From Bacteroidales bacterium (GTDB lineage Bacteria > Bacteroidota > Bacteroidia > Bacteroidales > ML635J-15), in contig JAGCDJ010000019.1 of the NCBI GenBank assembly GCA_017651185.1, forward strand, positions 265,726-329,725: DNA of 64,000 nucleotides. The letters run 5' to 3'. A program made the translations under genes and the position numbers. This document shows positions 23,470-33,557 of the stretch, piece after piece. Each line of letters starts with the position of its first letter. Position 1 is the first letter of the stretch. Below the pieces are notes generated by a model. It had not been told where the DNA came from. It made no database searches and saw nothing but the letters and a program-made list of their open reading frames with translations.

Positions 23470-26415
23470 TTACCTAACGATGTTAACCTTAGATACGGTT
23501 TCGTTTACTTTTACGAAATATGTTCCGTCAGGAAGATTACTGATATCGATAGAATGTTCGTTGCTAATATTATTATAGGTGTATACAACCTGACCAAGAG
23601 AATTTATAATCTCGATGTTTGCGTTTTCAGCATTCAGGATGGTAATATTTCTGCTTGCCGGGTTAGGATAGATGCTGATTCCTGCTTCAACTTCTTCGAT
23701 GTCGGTGCAAGAATTAATGGTCAATGTTTCCTGATGCATGCTTGTTCCGCATTCATTGGTTGCTGTCAATGTTACAGTATAGTCACCAGCAGCATTGTAG
23801 GTCATTGTTGGATTTTCTTCGGTAGATGTTGTTGAACCGTCACCAAAGAATTGACCAAGGTCGAATCCTCCTTCGCCAGTAAGGTCGCCAAGGTTTAAGC
23901 CAGTACCGTCACCGAAATTCCATGCGTATGAATCAGCATTCTCCGAAGTGTTGGTAAATTGTATTTGCTGACCAACGCATAGTTCTTCTGAATAAGTGAA
24001 CGATGCAGATGGAAGAGGTGTGCCACAACTGTACACAACAAAACTGTTTATTGCAGCGCCTTTTATTGAGTTGCCACCAGTCATGCTTCCGAAGATGTCG
24101 CCAAAGAATCCTCCCATTCCTGTTTCATCGTCGCCCATGTTCATGTTGGTAGTCTTGAATGCAAATCTGAATCTTACATTTGTAAGGTTAGCTGCACTTG
24201 GGAAAGACAAACTGGTCTTAACGGATACAAAACCATTTGTATTGCCCGACCATCCAGGATTGCTCATGCCTTCAGTCATGGCGTTTGCAGTGTACCAACC
24301 TTCGTTGAGTTCGCCTGCTACAACATTTGCCCAAGCGCTTCCGCCATTAAGCGAATATTGCAGAGAAAGTGAAGCGCCAAAAATTCCAAACATGCTTGTC
24401 GGATCAAGGTCACCCATGCCAGTGTCGCCAGTATCACCCAAATCCATTGATGAAAGGTTGTACATGATACCAATCTTTACAATTGGGTTGGTCAAACCTG
24501 ACAAGTCGTAGCAAGGAGAGTAGAGGTATGATTCTTCGCCTGGATTAACAGGTCCGTTTGGATTTGTTGCCCATGTCCATACGCTGTCGGTTCCTTGAAC
24601 CTGAGATTTGCCAAATGCCCATGAAGAATATGTTCCGTCGCCGTACCAGTCGTTAATGAAGTTTGCTTCATACTCGTAGTCGTCGAAAAGAACCTGAGCG
24701 TTGCTGTAGTTGCCTTGCGAAACTACGAATCCTTCTGCTTCATCGTTTGTAGCATCTTCATCGTCAACAAGGGCTGTCTTTGCTATGATTTCATATCTGC
24801 CATATCCAGGCATGCTCATCGCTGCTGTAAATGTGTAGTTTGCTGTGGCGCTTGCTGCGATTTCTGTGTTTACAGTTTCTTCAACCCAGTTCAGTCCGCC
24901 ATCGATAGAGTATTTTACAACGTATCCAGACTGAGCCTGACGTCCGTAGTTCTTGATTGTTATTGAAACATGAGCACTGTTTGAAAGTCCGCAACCAGAT
25001 GCCGGTCCAGTGATAGCGATAACGCCCAAATCTTTTTCAGCAGCATCCTTTACAACGATGTTGTCGAGAGAAATTCCAGCACCGCCAGTGGTTGTTCCAC
25101 CGAAAAGTCCGCCAAGTCCGCTTAATGCTGCATTATATACAAATCTAATCTGTATGTTAGACTCGCCAGCGTATCTAGCAAGACTGATGTTTTTGCTTAC
25201 CCAAGTGTCGCAAGCATCGATGTTAGCAACAGTATCCCAACTTGTACCGTTGTTTGCCGACACAAGTACAAAACCATAGTTTGTCATACCGCCAAACAAA
25301 TCACCCATACCACCAAATATGTCACCAAGACCTGATGAAGAAGGATAGTCTGCGATAACGTCGAAATGCAATTCTGGCATTTCGAGCGATGCAAAACTAA
25401 AGCATGGTCCATAAATGTATGAATTTTTGCTGACAGCCGTGTCTGTCATATAGTAGTGGTTTCCACCTTCAGTTTCGCGAACTGTCCAAGCGTTTGCTGC
25501 ACTTGGTGTCCATCCGAAAGGTGCTGATTCAAATTCTTCTGAAAATGGGAATGACGATACAATGCTGTTTCTGTTAACAGTTGTGCTGCCTGTGTTGTTG
25601 TCTGTTGTTTCGTCACCTTCGAGTGTCGCAATGATTTGGATTGTGTTGTTTCCTTCTTCCAAAGCAACATTTGCAAATGTTCTTGTTAATGTTGCACCTG
25701 ATGCAATTGCAGGAAGAGTTTCGGTTGCAGCATCAACTCCGTTAACCTTGCAAACTACAGTAACTTCGTTTTCGTTTGTTCCAAGTGTACCGGCATTAGC
25801 AATTGTGTATGAAACATCGGTGCTTGCTGCACATCCTGCTGCTACTGCGGTTACTGTACGAACTGCAACATCGTGTTCAACAACTCTTTCTATAGAAAGC
25901 GTGTAGCTTGCTGTTGTGTAACTTGCAGCTGCGCCATAACCAAATATACCTTGTGAGATAAGAGAATCGGCTGCGACTACAATGTAGTATTCTGTTGATG
26001 CAGTAAGACTTACATTGCTTATGGAACCCGATGCTGATGTCGTTGAACTGGAAACGAATGGTGTTCCAATCAGTTGAGCGTTTTCAGCGTCAGGACAGCC
26101 GTTGTAGAGGAAAATACCAACGTTTGAAGCCGTCATTGCAAATGATGGTTCTGGATTGTAAGCCCTCGAAATGCCTGACAGTGTAATGGTTGCATTTAAG
26201 TCCTCCGTTGGGATGAACTTGTAAACATGGCATCCACTTCTCATAGTGTAGTTGGGGAACGTGTAAGGAGATGTTCCCATAGTTGTTTGACTTGCTGCAG
26301 AATAAGGAAGACTAGCAATCGTACTTGGATTGCTGCAGTCGGAACCTTCAGTCTGCGCAAATGCAGCAAACATAATCATCATTGCTGCAATACTAAAGAT
26401 AAATTTTTTCATCAT
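23470..26415 (-). CDS. large secreted protein with a PKD domain and a T9SS type-A C-terminal sorting domain
   Basis: 981 aa with signal peptide MMKKFIFSIAAMMIMFAAFAQ. PKD-like FTNTSENADSYAWNFGDGT...YTVTLTATNECG. C-terminus ISIYPNPASRNITI...LPDGTYFVKV...VNIVR. Confidence 0.85.
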   Translation of the reverse strand: MMKKFIFSIAAMMIMFAAFAQTEGSDCSNPSTIASLPYSAASQTTMGTSPYTFPNYTMRSGCHVYKFIPTEDLNATITLSGISRAYNPEPSFAMTASNVGIFLYNGCPDAENAQLIGTPFVSSSTTSASGSISNVSLTASTEYYIVVAADSLISQGIFGYGAAASYTTASYTLSIERVVEHDVAVRTVTAVAAGCAASTDVSYTIANAGTLGTNENEVTVVCKVNGVDAATETLPAIASGATLTRTFANVALEEGNNTIQIIATLEGDETTDNNTGSTTVNRNSIVSSFPFSEEFESAPFGWTPSAANAWTVRETEGGNHYYMTDTAVSKNSYIYGPCFSFASLEMPELHFDVIADYPSSSGLGDIFGGMGDLFGGMTNYGFVLVSANNGTSWDTVANIDACDTWVSKNISLARYAGESNIQIRFVYNAALSGLGGLFGGTTTGGAGISLDNIVVKDAAEKDLGVIAITGPASGCGLSNSAHVSITIKNYGRQAQSGYVVKYSIDGGLNWVEETVNTEIAASATANYTFTAAMSMPGYGRYEIIAKTALVDDEDATNDEAEGFVVSQGNYSNAQVLFDDYEYEANFINDWYGDGTYSSWAFGKSQVQGTDSVWTWATNPNGPVNPGEESYLYSPCYDLSGLTNPIVKIGIMYNLSSMDLGDTGDTGMGDLDPTSMFGIFGASLSLQYSLNGGSAWANVVAGELNEGWYTANAMTEGMSNPGWSGNTNGFVSVKTSLSFPSAANLTNVRFRFAFKTTNMNMGDDETGMGGFFGDIFGSMTGGNSIKGAAINSFVVYSCGTPLPSASFTYSEELCVGQQIQFTNTSENADSYAWNFGDGTGLNLGDLTGEGGFDLGQFFGDGSTTSTEENPTMTYNAAGDYTVTLTATNECGTSMHQETLTINSCTDIEEVEAGISIYPNPASRNITILNAENANIEIINSLGQVVYTYNNISNEHSIDISNLPDGTYFVKVNETVSKVNIVR

Positions 26416-26443
26416 ACAAGTTTTGTTAAAGATTATATGTTTG

Positions 26444-26451
26444 CAAAAATA
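26444..26451 (-). promoter_or_regulatory. -7 promoter box (TATTTTTG) for the T9SS cargo gene, part of a near-palindrome
   Basis: Plus-strand caaaaata. Overlapping it on the plus strand is TATGTTTG (26436-26443). The core TTTGCAAA is self-complementary, so both strands show a TAnnTTTG box. Confidence 0.4.
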
Positions 26452-26680
26452 TCAAAACAAAACTTTTACATATTCTATTTGCATTGCATTTTGTTAACAA
26501 TGGCAAATGCGCTCGGTTTGGTCTTTTGTTATTTGCTGTTTATAGAAAGTGTTGAAAAATAAGCATTTACAGTTACGGTTCACAATGTTGCACAAAGTTG
26601 TTTTGTATAAAGTTATTAACAGTCAACCCTTTTGTTGAAAAAATATCGCCAGTAAAAAAGAATTTCCATTGGCTTCTGAT

Positions 26681-26688
26681 TAATTTTG
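26681..26688 (+). promoter_or_regulatory. -7 promoter box (TAATTTTG) for nnr
   Basis: Matches TAnnTTTG, 16 nt upstream of the ATG at 26704. This argues against the TTG start at 26686 in the track. Confidence 0.45.
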
Positions 26689-26703
26689 CTGAAAAAATAC
26701 ACT

Positions 26704-28269
26704 ATGAGAAAGATTTTAACTTCAGCACAGTTGAGAGAGTTGGACAAAATGACCATTTCTGCTCTTGATATATCCTCGTATGAACTTATGGAACGCGCAG
26801 TGCGCAAGTTGTTTGAGCACATAAAAACGATAGTTGGAGATTTGATATCCCGTAAGTTTATCGTTGTGGCAGGAACGGGAAACAATGGCGGTGACGGATT
26901 GGGTATCGCTCGGATGCTAAGAGGAAGAGGTGCGGATGTAACTGTGTGGTTCTGCGATTTTTCACAGAAAATAACCGATGAGTGTATGATCAATTTGGAC
27001 AAAATAAGGGATTTTGTGGACATAGATTTTATATCATTGAATGATTGCAATGTGCACGATCTCTATGCTGGAGACAAAAAGACTGTCATAATCGATGCAA
27101 TATTCGGCACGGGGTTAAGTCGCAGCGTAACAGGCAAATATGCCGATGTCATCGATGTTATAAACGGTTCTCCTGCAAAAGTAATTTCAATAGACATTCC
27201 TTCTGGCCTTTTTGCCGATGACAACCATGAAAATCACGGTGCCATAGTTAAAGCAGACATAACCATGTCGATTCAGGACTATCATCTGTCCTCAATGTTT
27301 GCTGAAAATTCAATCTATTACGGCAAAATAAATGTTATCAACATTGGTCATGATGTATCTTCGTTAGAATCAATTGAAACTGAGTATTCATATCTTGAGA
27401 GAGATGACATTTCCAAATTGATGAAAACTCGCCACGATTTTGACCACAAAGGGACTTTCGGACACGCCTTGCTTGTGGCGGGCGGACTAGGAAAAGCAGG
27501 AGCGGCAGTGCTGGCTTCAAGGGCATGCCTTCGTTGCGGTGTAGGACTTTTAAGCGTCACATCGCCGGCCGATATTTGCATGATAATGCAGGTGTCGGTA
27601 CCAGAAGCAATGTACGAGACCAATTTTGTCGGAGACTTCGGCAGGTATTCCGCAATAGGAATTGGACCAGGGATAGGAGTAGGGCCTTTGGCTGAAAAAT
27701 ATGTTGACATGGTAATGTGCTCTGGCAAACCGTTCGTGGCAGATGCCGATGCATTGAACTTGCTGTCGCTCAAAAGGGGAAAAATTGACAAACTTACAAA
27801 TTGCATACTTACGCCACATCCTAAGGAGTTTGAGCGCCTTTTTGGAAATTTTGAAAATCCGTTTGCCCGACTGAAATTCATGTCAGATTTTTCACGCAAT
27901 CATAATTCTGTAATAGTTCTTAAGGGTGGCGTTACATATATTTCACTGACATCAGGTGAAATTGTCATGTATAATGGCAGAAATCCTGGTATTGCCACAG
28001 GAGGCAGTGGCGATGTGCTAACTGGCATCATTGCTTCGTTGCTTGCTCAGGGGTACAGTTTGAATGATGCCGCGCAAATTGGTGTTTGGGTGCATGGTGA
28101 AGCAGGTCAGTATGCTTCGATGGATAACGGACATGTTTCGGCATTGGCATCCGATATTGTGGACAAATTGTTCCCCGTATTTTACGATTTGGAATGTTAT
28201 GATGACATATATGTGTGTGCGAAGCATTATGAACCGCCACAACCAGATGAGACCTTAATTCCATTTTGA
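26704..28269 (+). CDS. nnr: bifunctional NAD(P)H-hydrate epimerase / ADP-dependent dehydratase
   Basis: The YjeF_N motif AGTGNNGGDGLGIA and the C-terminal kinase-like motif TGGSGDVLTGIIASL. Confidence 0.9.
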   Translation: MRKILTSAQLRELDKMTISALDISSYELMERAVRKLFEHIKTIVGDLISRKFIVVAGTGNNGGDGLGIARMLRGRGADVTVWFCDFSQKITDECMINLDKIRDFVDIDFISLNDCNVHDLYAGDKKTVIIDAIFGTGLSRSVTGKYADVIDVINGSPAKVISIDIPSGLFADDNHENHGAIVKADITMSIQDYHLSSMFAENSIYYGKINVINIGHDVSSLESIETEYSYLERDDISKLMKTRHDFDHKGTFGHALLVAGGLGKAGAAVLASRACLRCGVGLLSVTSPADICMIMQVSVPEAMYETNFVGDFGRYSAIGIGPGIGVGPLAEKYVDMVMCSGKPFVADADALNLLSLKRGKIDKLTNCILTPHPKEFERLFGNFENPFARLKFMSDFSRNHNSVIVLKGGVTYISLTSGEIVMYNGRNPGIATGGSGDVLTGIIASLLAQGYSLNDAAQIGVWVHGEAGQYASMDNGHVSALASDIVDKLFPVFYDLECYDDIYVCAKHYEPPQPDETLIPF

Positions 28270-28294
28270 TTGTCCGTATAATTTTAAAAAGTTG

Positions 28295-28302
28295 TATCTT
28301 TG
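28295..28302 (+). promoter_or_regulatory. -7 promoter box (TATCTTTG)
   Basis: Matches TAnnTTTG, 27 nt upstream of the ATG at 28329. Confidence 0.45.
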
Positions 28303-28328
28303 CACACAATGTTTTTAAATGTTTCTTT

Positions 28329-29498
28329 ATGAAAAGATTTAGCATAACGACTGCAATTGTCTTTTTATCAGCAATTTGTACTTTTGCGCAGATTAAGGTT
28401 TTCCCCGTTTCCGATTCGGAGGCCGTAATAAAGAAGAACGCATTCCTGTATTATCTTCCGCAGACAACGCTCGAGATAAAAATTTCTGTAACGACCGAAA
28501 CTCTTGTGCCTGGTCCATATTCCAAATATGCAGAAAAGTACTTATGCATAAAAAACGTGCCTACAAACACTATTTCGGATGTGAAAATCGACAACGTTGA
28601 TGTAAGACAAATTTCTCAACCAGACCCAAATGCCTGCTTTATGGTAGTATGCGACAACGACGCTAACATCAACTATAACAGCAGAGGTATAATACTCGGA
28701 TACAACTGCGGCGAATCGCAAGAAGACACTAACATGTTCGCTGAGTCCCATTTTTCAAAGCAGTCGAGCTTGGAAATGCCAGTGTTTACCGACTATGGCG
28801 TTAAGCGCAATTTTACCGGCAACACCGATACTACCTACAAGGTTGTCGAGGTCGATTCTGTATTCCAGAAGATACCTATATATAATAAAGTCATTGTCAG
28901 CAAGGACGAGGAAATGAAGGCGGAGGAAGCAGCAAACTACATAATAAAAATAAGGAAACGCCTTTTCAAAATTGTGACAGCGCAGTTTGACACCAGCACT
29001 CCACCTGCCGACATTGACTTGATGGTCAAGGAACTGAAGGACATGGAAAAGCACTACCTTGAGTTATTTATAGGAAAAGTCGTAAGCGAAACAAATGAAT
29101 TTGTTTTCTACTACACACCACAGTCAGAACTGGCAGAAGAGAAGGTTCCCGTATGCTATGTAACTGCCGATGATGAAGTTGTGACAAAACGTGTTGAAAA
29201 TTCGGAACCTATATACCTTGTGCTTTCAAACGGTCAATCCACAAAGGAAGTTGGCAACTTTTACGGCAGGCAGTTTGACCTGAAGAAAAAGGAAAAGGAG
29301 ATGGGACTTTACTACAGAATACCGTCAGAAGTGTCAGTTTCTGTTGATTTTGATGACTTTACATATTACAGAAGCATCATGACGATTCCACAATGCGGTT
29401 ATCTTGGACACTTGCCAGCAGATTTATTCAAGAACAAAAACCTCAAGGTGGCTTTCGATGAAAAGTTAGGTTCAATACGTGGCATATATACCAAATGA
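28329..29498 (+). CDS. hypothetical secreted protein (possibly DUF4831 family)
   Basis: Signal peptide MKRFSITTAIVFLSAICTFAQ. The family name is recalled only weakly. I set the start at the ATG after the promoter box. Confidence 0.5.
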   Translation: MKRFSITTAIVFLSAICTFAQIKVFPVSDSEAVIKKNAFLYYLPQTTLEIKISVTTETLVPGPYSKYAEKYLCIKNVPTNTISDVKIDNVDVRQISQPDPNACFMVVCDNDANINYNSRGIILGYNCGESQEDTNMFAESHFSKQSSLEMPVFTDYGVKRNFTGNTDTTYKVVEVDSVFQKIPIYNKVIVSKDEEMKAEEAANYIIKIRKRLFKIVTAQFDTSTPPADIDLMVKELKDMEKHYLELFIGKVVSETNEFVFYYTPQSELAEEKVPVCYVTADDEVVTKRVENSEPIYLVLSNGQSTKEVGNFYGRQFDLKKKEKEMGLYYRIPSEVSVSVDFDDFTYYRSIMTIPQCGYLGHLPADLFKNKNLKVAFDEKLGSIRGIYTK

Positions 29499-29573
29499 TG
29501 GTTCTGTGACAAGAAACAAACAATATTTTAACGCAGCAGGACACGATTTTTCGTGTCTTTGCGTTTTATTGGC

Positions 29574-31232
29574 ATGTATAGGACGCTATGCAATATAATC
29601 TTAATGTGCATTTTACTGCATGTTTGCTCATGCGTGTCAGCGCAGCATGTTAGCATATTGGTGCGCAATAGCGAATCGGACGGTTATCACATTGACGCAG
29701 GAAAGAAGTGTAGCGACAGCATTTCCGTTGTTTCGTATATGCAGGGGTACATTGAAAAGATGCAACGCAAGTCGTATCTGTCGGCAGGTTACGACAGCAT
29801 AATATATTCCGAAAACGGAGTAGAGGCATTCGCTACTCTCGGAGAACCTTGCGACAATGTAAATGTAGATGTTTCTGAAGTCCCTTTTAGGATTGGCAAA
29901 CGCAAAAGGAACAATGTCATGTATTATCCAATATTGTGTGGCGAAGTTGTTGACTACTATGCGGACAAAGGGTTCCTTTTCGCAGAAGCGTGGCTCGATA
30001 GCGTGCGTTTCGACAGCAGATCGTTTTCGGCAAAGGTTAAAGTCGACAAAGGACAGATTGTCAAAGTCGACAGTTTAATCGTAAATGGCAGTGCGAAGAT
30101 TAGCAGAAATTATCTGGAACGCACTCTTGAACTCAGACGGAATACGGTGCTGACAATGGATAAGATAGAAAAGATTGACAGCAGAATAAATAATATTCCT
30201 TTTCTCGAACAGGACATGCCGTACCAACTTGCTTTTTCCGACACGAAATCCGATGTGCTGCTGTTCCTGAAAGGTAAAAAAGCGAGTTCGTTTAGTGGTG
30301 TGCTTGGCGTGATGCCAAAAAGTCAGACGACCGGAAAACTGATGATAACGGGAGACATAGACCTTTCGCTTGTAAATGTTTTCCATCATGGCGAGAACTT
30401 TAACTTCAACTGGAAAAAATATGAGACGCAGAACCAGACGCTCAATGTCGGCGGAATGTTCCCGTATATTTTCAGGTCACCGATTGGTATTGGGGCTGAC
30501 TTCAAGTTGGAAAAAAAGGATACATCCTACCTGAAAACCGATGTCTACGGCAAGGTTCTGGTTGGAAACCAGACAGGCAAAGGTTTTTACCTATATTATA
30601 GGAACACCAGTTCATTTCCGATTGGCGACACGGTGGCAAAGGAAAATATTTCCGATTTCAGCACAAATCTATTTGGTCTTGGTCTGGAATATTGTAGTGT
30701 CGACAATAGACGCAATCCGTATAAGGGCGTGATTGCTAGGGCAACAACCGATGCGGGCAAGAAAAAGGAGTCGGGAGACGGCATTTCATTGTTTCAGGCA
30801 GGCATTTTCTACGACATAAGCGGTTACATCGGATTGTTTAGAAACTTTTGCATAAAACTGCGGAATAGTTCGCAATTCATTTATAGCAGGAAAATATTCG
30901 ACAACGAGTTGCTCTGGACTGGCGGACTCAACAGCATTCGTGGATTTGACGAACTGTCGCTTCCTGCAACGTGTTATACGCTGGGAAGCATTGAGTTGCG
31001 CTATTTGTTCGAACGCAATTCGGCAGTGTATGTTCTGACCGATGCAATGTATTTCGGCAAGATGTATACGGCGGAAAGGACAAATAACTTCGCATTGGGC
31101 ATAGGCGTCGGTGTCGACCTCAGCACGCCAGCAGGAATATTTTCGCTTGTATATGCAATAGGTAAGCAAAACGAAAATCCATTCAGTTTCAACAACTCAA
31201 AAATACATTTTGGATATAAAAGTTATTTTTAA
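29574..31232 (+). CDS. outer-membrane beta-barrel protein (BamA/TamA surface-antigen-like)
   Basis: Signal peptide MYRTLCNIILMCILLHVCSCVSAQ. The C-terminal half has alternating beta-strand character and ends ...HFGYKSYF, with the terminal aromatic residue typical of OMPs. Confidence 0.5.
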   Translation: MYRTLCNIILMCILLHVCSCVSAQHVSILVRNSESDGYHIDAGKKCSDSISVVSYMQGYIEKMQRKSYLSAGYDSIIYSENGVEAFATLGEPCDNVNVDVSEVPFRIGKRKRNNVMYYPILCGEVVDYYADKGFLFAEAWLDSVRFDSRSFSAKVKVDKGQIVKVDSLIVNGSAKISRNYLERTLELRRNTVLTMDKIEKIDSRINNIPFLEQDMPYQLAFSDTKSDVLLFLKGKKASSFSGVLGVMPKSQTTGKLMITGDIDLSLVNVFHHGENFNFNWKKYETQNQTLNVGGMFPYIFRSPIGIGADFKLEKKDTSYLKTDVYGKVLVGNQTGKGFYLYYRNTSSFPIGDTVAKENISDFSTNLFGLGLEYCSVDNRRNPYKGVIARATTDAGKKKESGDGISLFQAGIFYDISGYIGLFRNFCIKLRNSSQFIYSRKIFDNELLWTGGLNSIRGFDELSLPATCYTLGSIELRYLFERNSAVYVLTDAMYFGKMYTAERTNNFALGIGVGVDLSTPAGIFSLVYAIGKQNENPFSFNNSKIHFGYKSYF

Positions 31233-31338
31233 CATTTCAGGCAACTAAATAATGCACATTCGTATAATATCACGACAAATACAATATTGTTCTTATTTTA
31301 TACAGATATTCGTGACATCGCATTATTAAAAAATGTTA

Positions 31339-31346
31339 TATCTTTG
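31339..31346 (+). promoter_or_regulatory. -7 promoter box (TATCTTTG) for the LytS/LytTR operon
   Basis: Matches TAnnTTTG. It lies inside the 5' end of the track ORF, so the real start is downstream. Confidence 0.45.
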
Positions 31347-31389
31347 CGTGTATAAATCTTATGCTCGCCAGAATTTCGGACATTTGGAA

Positions 31390-32412
31390 ATGGAACAGGG
31401 AAAGCAAAAATGCAATGGAGTCCTCGAAACGGGGAAAATCATCAATATGGTGAATTACACCTTATTGTACTATGCTGCCATTGTGCTGAATATCTTAATC
31501 GCCGATTCTTCATACTGGAATTTTGCATGGAAGTTGGTTCTGTTAGAGGCATTTGTGGTTATACTTGCATGTGTAGTTGTCAAAATGATTGTCAAGTCAC
31601 CAAAATGCAAGATATGGCATTTCGTGTGTTTCGAAGTTGCCATAATTATTGTCAATATGCTGCTAGTCGGCTGGCTTGCAGGGAGCATAAATTTGTTTTA
31701 CATTGTTACAATTGAGTTGTCATCAGTATATTTGGCGGTCATGATTGGAAATCCGTTCTGGGTGATAAACGAGAAAAAACGCATTGAAGAAGTCAAAAGG
31801 ATGGAGGAGGAGAAGCACCGCCTGGAACTCTACTATCTTAATCTGCAACTTAATCCGCATTTTCTTTTCAATACGCTGAATGTCATTTACATACAGTCTA
31901 GAAAAGAGAAGGCAATTGCTTCGTCTGAAATGGTAATGCAACTGTCGGAACTGCTTAGATACCAGTTGTATGAGAGTGTCGACAAGAAGGTCTTGCTTAA
32001 GGCCGACTTGAAGCACATTGAAAATTACATTGAACTGCAAAAGATTCGCAAGTCCGACATTGTAATTGACTACCAAAAAGATGGGAATATGGACGGGGTT
32101 ATGGTATATCCATTTTTGTTTATCTCCTTCCTCGAAAATTCATTCAAGTTTGTTTGTGAAAACTCGCTTGGTGAAAAATTTATAAAGATTTTTGTGAAAG
32201 TTGATAAAAGTAATGTTACCTTTGTCGCACAAAATACTAAGTGTGATGCCATTTCCGATGCAAACGCACAAAAAGCAAAATCAAGCGGAATCGGAATTGA
32301 GAATACTAAGAAGAGGTTAGACCTACTGTATCCTGGCAAATATTCGCTTAATTTTGAACAAGATGATAAGTATTATAATGTCGAACTAAAAATATTTATT
32401 GAAAATGATTAA
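31390..32412 (+). CDS. LytS/YehU-type sensor histidine kinase
   Basis: N-terminal TM segments, H-box LQLNPHFLFNTLNVIY, and the ATPase region SSGIGIENTKKRLDLLY. The start is uncertain (ATG 31390 or 31447). Confidence 0.8.
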   Translation: MEQGKQKCNGVLETGKIINMVNYTLLYYAAIVLNILIADSSYWNFAWKLVLLEAFVVILACVVVKMIVKSPKCKIWHFVCFEVAIIIVNMLLVGWLAGSINLFYIVTIELSSVYLAVMIGNPFWVINEKKRIEEVKRMEEEKHRLELYYLNLQLNPHFLFNTLNVIYIQSRKEKAIASSEMVMQLSELLRYQLYESVDKKVLLKADLKHIENYIELQKIRKSDIVIDYQKDGNMDGVMVYPFLFISFLENSFKFVCENSLGEKFIKIFVKVDKSNVTFVAQNTKCDAISDANAQKAKSSGIGIENTKKRLDLLYPGKYSLNFEQDDKYYNVELKIFIEND

Positions 32413-33118
32413 ATGTATTATTGTTGACGATGAACCTCTGGCACGTGAAGGCATGAGGATGAACGTCGAAGAATTGGACAACCTCGAATTGGTTGGCGAA
32501 TTCGCAAGCGCTGCAGAAGCAAGCAAGTTCTTATTGAAGAACAAGGTTGACTTGATGTTTTTGGATGTTGAAATGCCGAAAACAAACGGTATCGATTTCC
32601 TCAGGAACCTCGACAATCCGCCAATGGTAATCCTCACCACCGCTTATCCGCAATATGCTGTTGAAGCATACGAACTCGATGTAGTTGATTACCTTGTCAA
32701 GCCAATTAAGTTTGAGCGTTTCGTAAGAGCAGTCGCAAAGGCAGACGAAATAATGAAGATGTCTGCTTCACCATGCATATTTGACGCATTCGAGGACAAG
32801 TTTATCTTCATTAAGGCAGAAAGAAAGTATGTTAAGATTAACTTCGACGACTTGCTGTTTATCGAAGGTCTTAAGGACTATGTCATTATACATGCTACCC
32901 ACGGCAAGTACATGACCGCCATGAACGTTAAGACTATTTTCAACAAGTTGCCAGAAAACATATTCTTCAGAGTTAGCAAGTCGTACATCGTAAATGTAAA
33001 TCATATCGACGACATCGACGGCGCATATATCAACATCAAGGGTAATCAGGTTCCTATCGGACGTTCGTACAGGGACACTTTTGTTGACTATATAAACACT
33101 CGTCTGTTGAGAAGATAG
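32399..33118 (+). CDS. LytR/AlgR-family response regulator (receiver + LytTR)
   Basis: IIVDDEPLAREG...DLMFLDVEMP for the receiver, and FFRVSKSYIVNVNHI for the LytTR domain. Overlaps the kinase gene by 14 nt. Confidence 0.9.
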   Translation: MKMIKCIIVDDEPLAREGMRMNVEELDNLELVGEFASAAEASKFLLKNKVDLMFLDVEMPKTNGIDFLRNLDNPPMVILTTAYPQYAVEAYELDVVDYLVKPIKFERFVRAVAKADEIMKMSASPCIFDAFEDKFIFIKAERKYVKINFDDLLFIEGLKDYVIIHATHGKYMTAMNVKTIFNKLPENIFFRVSKSYIVNVNHIDDIDGAYINIKGNQVPIGRSYRDTFVDYINTRLLRR

Positions 33119-33143
33119 CATTTGTCTTAATAAATTCAAAAAA

Positions 33144-33171
33144 AATAATACCTTAATTTTGAGGTATTATT
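33144..33171. terminator. intrinsic terminator after the LytTR regulator gene
   Basis: AATAATACCT-TAATTTTG-AGGTATTATT, a perfect 10-bp stem flanked by an A-run and a T-run. Confidence 0.75.
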
Positions 33172-33192
33172 TTTTTTTGTACCTTTGACTTT

Positions 33193-33546
33193 GTGACAAA
33201 GATAGAACTTAAAATAGAATATGACGCATTTAAAGAGCGTACTGCAGGCGATATGGCATTGCAGAGCGACTTGTTGTCGTGCTTTGAAATAGAGTGCGCT
33301 GACGTTTGCAAATCACTGAACGACAATATATTGAAGAAAGATAATAATGCTATATTGTCAGATTTACACAAGTTGAAGGGTTCTGTCGGCGTGTTCGGTT
33401 TCGCCAATATAACCGACCGCATATCCGAACTGGAAAATGCACTGAAGTCAAATTGTGGCATTGATTTTGCCATTGATCTTCCGGAATTATTCAGTTCCAT
33501 AAAAAAACATATTGTTGAATTAAAAAAATATATTGTTAATAATTAA
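33193..33546 (+). CDS. stand-alone Hpt (histidine phosphotransfer) domain protein
   Basis: Phospho-His motif LHKLKGSVGVFGF. The track start is GTG, only 6 nt after a TACCTTTG box (33180-33187). An in-frame ATG at 33253 may be the true start. Confidence 0.6.
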   Translation: MTKIELKIEYDAFKERTAGDMALQSDLLSCFEIECADVCKSLNDNILKKDNNAILSDLHKLKGSVGVFGFANITDRISELENALKSNCGIDFAIDLPELFSSIKKHIVELKKYIVNN

Positions 33547-33557
33547 AAAATAGTGAT

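Noticed and set aside
26227-26562. 111-aa plus-strand ORF spanning the T9SS gene start and its promoter region
   Set aside because: It overlaps the 5' end of the minus-strand gene and then runs through AT-rich intergenic DNA containing promoter boxes. It has no motif support.
33153-33500. 115-aa minus-strand ORF overlapping the Hpt ORF
   Set aside because: It has no motif, whereas the plus-strand frame carries the canonical HKLKG phospho-histidine motif and is preceded by a TAnnTTTG box. This remains the least certain strand choice in the window.
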